From: an uncultured Gemmatimonadales bacterium
Lineage (GTDB): Bacteria > Gemmatimonadota > Gemmatimonadetes > Longimicrobiales > Gaopeijiaceae
Direction: 5' to 3'
DNA length: 64,000 nucleotides
Assembly: GCA_963809895.1 (NCBI GenBank)
Contig: CAWELD010000003.1
Location: 1,152,001 to 1,216,000 of the forward strand
Below are positions 58,550 through 64,000 of this stretch, one piece after another. The translations under genes and the position numbers were made by a program. Position 1 is the stretch's first letter, and each line of letters begins with the position of its first letter. A model generated the notes under the pieces. The model saw only the letters and a list, made by a program, of their open reading frames with translations, was not told the origin of the DNA and made no database searches.

Positions 58550-59042
58550 CGGCCTCGCCTCGCTTCCAGCGCTCCCCGCCAGTTCTGCACGACCATGATC
58601 CTGGCCCTGTGCAGATCCCCTTTGAAACGCAGGAACAGGAAGCCCTGGTCATCGAGGAGAACCTCATACGTCACGTGGGGATCGCCTCCCGGTCCAACCT
58701 CGCCCGCAGCGTCTCCCCCTCGATGTACGGCATCACGTAGTAGAGGAAGCCGTCGGCCGTGCCAGAGTCGAAGAGCGGCAGGATGTTGGGGTGCTGAAGC
58801 TGGGCCGTGGTGGCGATCTCCTGGAGGAACCGCTCGGCGCCCAACACGGCGGCCAGCTCGGGCTTGAGGACCTTGATGGCGACCTTGCGATTGTGCTTCA
58901 GGTCCTCCGTCAGGTAGACCGTGGCCATGCCGCCCTCACCCAGCTCACGCTCGATGCGGTAGCGGCCGGAGAGTGCCGCGTTCAGGCGGTCGGGCACGTA
59001 CCCGGAGCCGCCTTCATCCCGGGGCGGATCAGGAGGGGGCAT
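58546..59042 (-). pseudogene. Internally deleted Ser/Thr kinase(-propeller) gene
   Basis: Kinase N-lobe only (GEGGMATVY, VAIK, HPNIL, YVMPY) stops at 58671; another frame gives YEVLLDDQGFLF...IMVVQNW tail. Confidence 0.75.
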
Positions 59043-59065
59043 GCAGGTACTCTACCCGGTTTCGC

Positions 59066-59470
59066 TCATTCGCGCCTCCCGCTTCCCGCGCCCGGACCCT
59101 TCGGGGCTGCACCGCCGCGGCTCCTTGCCTCGCCCTCCACTCCACCGCCACTCCCTCCCCCTCCCCTCGGCCGGGACCGGTCCTCGGGCGCGGGGCGGTC
59201 CGGGGCAACGACCGGATGCTCCTTCAGGGTACGGAGCAGCTCCTGGACGCCGCGCTCGATCTGCGGATCGCGGCCTTCGGCCAGGGCCGTGACGTCCTCG
59301 GGTACATCGATGTCGGGATCGACGCCGTGGCCCTCCGCAAACCACGTACCGTCGTCTCCGTAGATCCGGAACGTCGGAACGATGACAAGACCGCCGTCCA
59401 CCAGCTGAGGATTCCCGCTGTACCCGATGAGACCGCCCCACGTCCGGGTACCGACGATCGGGCCCAGGTG
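59066..59470 (-). pseudogene. C-terminal fragment of an S41 tricorn-like protease
   Basis: LGPIVGTRTWGGLIG, EGHGVDPDI, GRDPQIERGV; catalytic Ser region and N-terminal propellers absent. Confidence 0.8.
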
Positions 59471-59608
59471 CGAGACCATCGGGATCGAGAGGTTGCGCCC
59501 GTACCGGCTCGCCAGCCAGGAGCGGGCGCCGCCCTGTTCGCCTCCGACTCGGGGTTCGAGATCCACCCAATCGACCTCCCAACGAGCGACGGGGCCGAGG
59601 TGAGCCAC
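59471..59608 (-). pseudogene. N-terminal fragment of a PemK/MazF toxin, fused in frame to the S41 fragment
   Basis: RWEVDWVDLEPRVGGEQGGAR resembles MazF RG(D/E)xxxVxLxPxxGxEQxGxRP. Confidence 0.6.
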
Positions 59609-59611
59609 GCG

Positions 59612-59719
59612 CTACTCGCCGTCCTCGAGACCGTCCCTCGCCGTCGACTCGAACTCCCGCGTCACTTCCGCCATCTCGGCTGCGAACGAGGGGTCTTCGG
59701 CCGCCGCAGCGTATGCATC
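59612..59719 (-). pseudogene. C-terminal remnant of a type II antitoxin
   Basis: DAYAAAAEDPSFAAEMAEVTREFESTARDGLEDGE* acidic tail ending 3 nt before the toxin GTG; no in-frame start. Confidence 0.5.
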
Positions 59720-59810
59720 CCCCGTCGCCGGCCCGCCCTTTCGCCCCGCCGGCTCATGTCGCTAGTGTCTCGTGCACCGACACCTGAGCCACCCCGCCCC
59801 TCGACGGTCC

Positions 59811-60593
59811 ATGTCCCACGACCACCGCCTCCGGCCCCGAGAGCACGGGGCCTACGCCATGTTGACGTTCCCGGTGGTCTCCGGTCTGGTGATGGGCGGC
59901 CTCTCGTGGTCCGGAACCGCGTTCGCGGCCCTCGCCGTCGTGGGCTTCCTGGCACACGAGTCGGTGCTCGTGGTGCTTGGGGCTCGGGGCGAGCGCATCC
60001 GCTCGAAGGAGGCCGCGCACGCCCGACGGAGGTTGCTTGGCCTCGCCGGCGCCGCCGTGGTGGCCGCCGGCATCTTCGCGGTGACGGCTCCACCCGATGC
60101 CTGGCGCGCGGCGCCGCTGTCGGGGGTGCTGGCGGCGGGGGTGGGCGCGCTCCTGGTGGCCCGGAAGACGAAGTCTCTCCCCGGCGAGATCCTGGTGGCC
60201 GCGACGTTTTCGTCGGTTCATGCCGTTCTCGCGGCCGCCGGCGGCGCCAACGCCCGGGTGACGTACCTTCCCCTGGCCGCGTGGGTCGTGTGTTTCACGC
60301 TGGCCACCCTCTCCGTGCACGCCCTCAAGTATCGCTTCAAGCGTCGGGGGCCCGGACGGTGGACCGTGGCCGCTGCGCCCATCCTGGCGAGCACCGTCGT
60401 CGTTCTCGGCGTCGTGGACGTGGCATCGCCGTATCCCCTGGGAGTCGTCGCGGCGGCGGCACTCCCCAAGGCCATGGCGGTCCTGCTGCTCTCCATCCTT
60501 CCCGCCAACCCGCGGCACCTGAAGCGAGTGGGGTGGACCTTCGTGGTGGCCGATGTGCTGACACTGGTCGTGTTGGTCTCGACAGTGACATAG
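59811..60593 (+). CDS. YwiC-like membrane protein
   Basis: PREHGAY N-terminal motif, multiple TM segments, LKRVGW. Confidence 0.8.
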   Translation: MSHDHRLRPREHGAYAMLTFPVVSGLVMGGLSWSGTAFAALAVVGFLAHESVLVVLGARGERIRSKEAAHARRRLLGLAGAAVVAAGIFAVTAPPDAWRAAPLSGVLAAGVGALLVARKTKSLPGEILVAATFSSVHAVLAAAGGANARVTYLPLAAWVVCFTLATLSVHALKYRFKRRGPGRWTVAAAPILASTVVVLGVVDVASPYPLGVVAAAALPKAMAVLLLSILPANPRHLKRVGWTFVVADVLTLVVLVSTVT

Positions 60594-60774
60594 AGGACGG
60601 GCCGCCCGTGGGCGGCTTCAAGAACGTGTGGCGTATCGACTTCTATCGGTGTCCTCCCCGAGGTTCCGTGGCACCGTCGCTTCGCACAGGGCATGTGCGT
60701 CTCGCGCCCGCCCCATCGCCCCCGTTTCGGCAGGGAACTGGCGCTTTCGTCCCCTGCACCCTCGTATTGGGCCC

Positions 60775-63729
60775 ATGCCCGATCTGCAATCCCGCCTGAA
60801 CGAAGCCCTCACCGGGAGATATGTCCTCGACCGTGAGATCGGTGCGGGCGGCATGGCCACCGTCTTCCTGGCGCGCGACCTCCGGCACGAGCGGGACGTG
60901 GCCCTGAAGGTGCTCGATCCGGAGCTGGCCGCCTCCATCGGGGCCGAGCGCTTCCTCGCCGAGATCCGCACTACGGCCCGGCTTCAGCACCCGCACATCC
61001 TCCCGCTCTTCGATTCCGGTGAGGCGGATGGCTTCCTCTTCTACGTCATGCCCTTCGTGGACGGGGAGACCTTGCGCGACCGGCTGGCACGCGAGGGTGA
61101 GCTGTCCATCGACGACGCACTGAGGATCGCCCGCGAGGTCGCCGACGGCCTCGCGTACGCCCACGGCGCCGGGGTTGTCCACCGGGACATCAAGCCCGGA
61201 AACATCCTGCTGGCCGGAGGGCACGCGACGGTCGCGGATTTCGGGATCGCTCGGAGCGTGGAGCGGGCAGGAGGTGACCGCCTCACGCAGACGGGCACCA
61301 GCATCGGCACGCCGACGTACATGAGCCCGGAGCAGGCCTCCGCCGACGTCCGGGTGGACGGGCGGAGCGACATCTATTCCCTGGCTTGCGTTCTGTACGA
61401 GATGCTGGCCGGTGAGCCTCCCTACACGGGACCCACAGCCGCGGCGATCCTGGCGAAGAAGGTCACGCAGCTTCCTCCTCCGGTACGCGTCGTCCGGGAC
61501 ACGACTCCCCCCTGGCTGGAGGCCGCGTTGGGCCGTGCGCTCGCGAAGTCGCCGGCGGATCGATTCGCCACCGCTGAGGCCTTCGCCACCGCGCTCTCCA
61601 CGCCTGCGTCAGCCACCTCCAGGACCTCGAGCCCGCGCTCGACGCAGCCGACATGGAGGTCGAAGACGTACACACGGGTCCTGACGACCGTGGGCGCCGC
61701 GGCCCTGCTCGTTGCGGCCGGTTGGGCGATCCAACGGGCACGTGGTCGCCCGGCCGGTGCGGTCACGGGAAGCGCAAACGTGATCGCGGTCCTCCCGTTC
61801 ACGGTACGCGGCGGGCCTGAGCTCTCCTACCTGCGGGAGGGGATGGTCGACCTGCTGAGCACCAAGCTCGACGGGGTGGCGGGGATGCGCACCACCGATC
61901 CGCAGGCGATTCTCGCGACGCTCTCGGGCGAGGACATCGACGCGCTTTCGGGGGCAGGTATCTCCAGAGTCTCCGCACGGCTGGGTGCTGGAAGAGTCGT
62001 CAGGGGAACGGTACTCGCCGCAGGGACGCAACTCCACATCCAGGCGTCCGTGCTCGATGGGACGGGCTCTCCCACGAGAATCGAGGCGAGCGCCGAGGGG
62101 CCGGCTGACGACCTCTTCGGTCTTGTGGACCGGCTCGTGAGCGGCCTCGTCGCCTCGGGAATCACGGGCGAAGACACTCGGCTTGCCGACCTCGGCGAGC
62201 TCACCACGCGGTCGAACGAGGCACTCAGGCTCTATCTCGACGGCATGCGGAACTTCCGGCAGGGTCGGGGCATGCAGGAGACCACCGAGCTGCTACAGCG
62301 GGCGGTCGCACTGGACTCGACCTTCGCGCTGGCGGCCTACTGGGCCGGGTACATGGCGACGTACGACGATCTGCCGGCGGTGGCCCACTTCGAGCTCGCG
62401 ACGCGCCATCGAGGACATCTCAGCCCGCGGGCCCAGACGCGTCTCGCGGCGGCGTTGGCCGCCGCCGAAGGCCGGCATGCCGAGGCGATCACACTCGGCC
62501 AGCACTTCGTCGAGCGCTATCCCGACGACGTTGCGGGGTGGTTCCAGCTCGGCGAGCAGATCGCCCATACGGGGTACTTCGTCGGCGACTCCGCCGGGGC
62601 CGCGCGTCCGGCGTACGAGCACGCGATCGGCCTCGACCCGGCACTGGCGCCGGCGTACTTCCACCTGGCGGTCATCGGCGGGCTGCAGGCCGACACCGCC
62701 GCGCTGGACAGGTGGGCGGCGGGGCTCGACGCGACGGGCGCGGATCCGATCTGGCCCGCCGTCCTGCGCACGACGCGAGCGGGGGTGAGCGGGGACACGG
62801 CCCTCCTCGACCGATCTGTGGACACTTTCCTGTCCGAGGCGACGCTCTATCCACCCACGACGCTCGCGGGTTCGATCGCCGAGGTCGCGGCGTCGGTGAT
62901 GGTCAGCGATCCCTCGGCGAGCCGCAGGATCATGGACCGCTACGCACAGCACACCGTGTCCGACACCGCGCGGGCCGTCGTAGCCCGACGTCGGGCGAGG
63001 CTCGAGAGCGCCCTGGGTCGGTTCGACCGGGCGGAGGAGGTGCTGCGCTCCATCGGCCCCGACCACCGGACGCTCTTCCCCTACGACCTCGCGTGGATCG
63101 CGCTCCACCCCGCCGCGACCGGCGACGAGCGGGCGAAGGAAGCCGCTCGGCTGCTCCGCGCCAGGGCTCCGGCTGCCGGTCCCGACGAAGCGGCGGTTCG
63201 ACGATACCTCCTCGCCCGCCTGGCCCTGAAGCTCGGCCGGCCCGAACGCTTCCGGGCCGAGCTCGACACGCTGCGACGGGACAATGCGGTTCGAGCAGGC
63301 GACGACGGAGGGCTGGCGCGTGACCTCGTCCTGGAGCTCGCGGCGCTCGACGCCCAGCTCCGCGGAGAGCCGGAGCGGGGCCTGGACTCGCTGCTCGCGT
63401 CCCGGTACTGGACGCGCCAGGAGGTCTGGCCCCGGGAACCCGACACGTATTTCAGCGGCCCCCTCGCGGACCGCTGGCCGCAGTTCCTCAGGGCGGAGCT
63501 CCTGCGGCAGGCAGGTCGGGATGCCGACGCTGCCCTCTGGTACAAGATCTCCTCCGACGGCATCTGGCATCGGGCCATGGGCCTCGAGCGCCTCGCCGAG
63601 ATGGCCGAGGAAGAAGGCGATTCGGCACGGGCGATGACCCTCTACAAGCAGGTCGAGCGCCTCTGGGCGGGCGCCGACCCCGACGTCCGGCCACTCGTCG
63701 CGGAGCTTCACCGCAGGATCGGCGGCTAG
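60775..63729 (+). CDS. Hanks-type Ser/Thr protein kinase with TM, TolB_N-like and TPR-like regions
   Basis: GAGGMATV, VALK, HRDIKPGN, DFG, GTPTYMSPE; IAVLPF; helical repeats. Confidence 0.93.
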   Translation: MPDLQSRLNEALTGRYVLDREIGAGGMATVFLARDLRHERDVALKVLDPELAASIGAERFLAEIRTTARLQHPHILPLFDSGEADGFLFYVMPFVDGETLRDRLAREGELSIDDALRIAREVADGLAYAHGAGVVHRDIKPGNILLAGGHATVADFGIARSVERAGGDRLTQTGTSIGTPTYMSPEQASADVRVDGRSDIYSLACVLYEMLAGEPPYTGPTAAAILAKKVTQLPPPVRVVRDTTPPWLEAALGRALAKSPADRFATAEAFATALSTPASATSRTSSPRSTQPTWRSKTYTRVLTTVGAAALLVAAGWAIQRARGRPAGAVTGSANVIAVLPFTVRGGPELSYLREGMVDLLSTKLDGVAGMRTTDPQAILATLSGEDIDALSGAGISRVSARLGAGRVVRGTVLAAGTQLHIQASVLDGTGSPTRIEASAEGPADDLFGLVDRLVSGLVASGITGEDTRLADLGELTTRSNEALRLYLDGMRNFRQGRGMQETTELLQRAVALDSTFALAAYWAGYMATYDDLPAVAHFELATRHRGHLSPRAQTRLAAALAAAEGRHAEAITLGQHFVERYPDDVAGWFQLGEQIAHTGYFVGDSAGAARPAYEHAIGLDPALAPAYFHLAVIGGLQADTAALDRWAAGLDATGADPIWPAVLRTTRAGVSGDTALLDRSVDTFLSEATLYPPTTLAGSIAEVAASVMVSDPSASRRIMDRYAQHTVSDTARAVVARRRARLESALGRFDRAEEVLRSIGPDHRTLFPYDLAWIALHPAATGDERAKEAARLLRARAPAAGPDEAAVRRYLLARLALKLGRPERFRAELDTLRRDNAVRAGDDGGLARDLVLELAALDAQLRGEPERGLDSLLASRYWTRQEVWPREPDTYFSGPLADRWPQFLRAELLRQAGRDADAALWYKISSDGIWHRAMGLERLAEMAEEEGDSARAMTLYKQVERLWAGADPDVRPLVAELHRRIGG

Positions 63730-63779
63730 CACACTACGGCCTGACAAAGCCGTCCCTGCCCCACCGAGCGGCCTCGCCG

Positions 63780-64000
63780 TCAGGGCATCCAGCCGAGCTG
63801 GACGAAGAAGCTCACGCCGCCGAACGGAGCCTTCGGGTTCACGTTCATCCACAGCTCGGTGCCGACGCCCAGCATCGACGTCTGCGCCGAGATGCGGGCG
63901 GTGAGCGGAACGCCCACCGTGAAGCTGGTGGAGCTTCCGTTGGCGGGCCCGCTGCCCTTGTCGATGCCGGTGAGCGCGAGCCCGGCGGCAACGGTGGCCT
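63780..64000 (-). CDS. 3' end of a hypothetical beta-strand-rich protein (start outside window)
   Basis: Hand translation ...FTVGVPLTARISAQTSMLGVGTELWMNVNPKAPFGGVSFFVQLGWMP*. Confidence 0.55.
   Translation of the reverse strand, partial: ATVAAGLALTGIDKGSGPANGSSTSFTVGVPLTARISAQTSMLGVGTELWMNVNPKAPFGGVSFFVQLGWMP

Noticed and set aside
58973..60799. 608-aa plus-strand ORF
   Set aside because: Low-complexity R/G/P translation spanning fragments on the opposite strand and YwiC in another frame
1..64000. CRISPR array, tRNA/rRNA, IS, integrase or prophage
   Set aside because: No spaced repeats, RNA-gene signatures or mobile-element motifs seen by eye; small ncRNAs cannot be excluded without an Infernal/Rfam scan

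Overview
GC-rich bacterial window, probably Gemmatimonadota. This is inferred from the PadR/duplicated orphan permease pair, Hanks-type kinases starting 'RLxxALxxRY', Big_2 lipoproteins and the M14 peptidase. About 50 CDS can be supported; I see no rRNA, tRNA, CRISPR array or transposase. In order: housekeeping genes (M14 peptidase, pncA/pncB-like, CNNM, MscS, galT, lspA); two tandem ~1000-aa Ig-repeat lipoproteins sharing an unrecognised 'GNNLS' C-terminal domain, each behind a sigma54-like promoter; a DUF542/membrane/DUF59/DUF2249 operon behind a perfect AT-rich palindrome; a sigma54 two-component system divergent from a Cyc2-type cytochrome-porin (candidate Fe(II) oxidase); PadR-permease; a copper locus (RR/HK, cusCBA, copCD, DUF411) with shared 11-bp-period boxes; assorted enzymes and transporters; and a 1.3-kb stretch of deleted or fused genes (antitoxin tail, MazF/tricorn chimera, collapsed kinases). 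All family calls come from motif recognition by eye, not from database searches.
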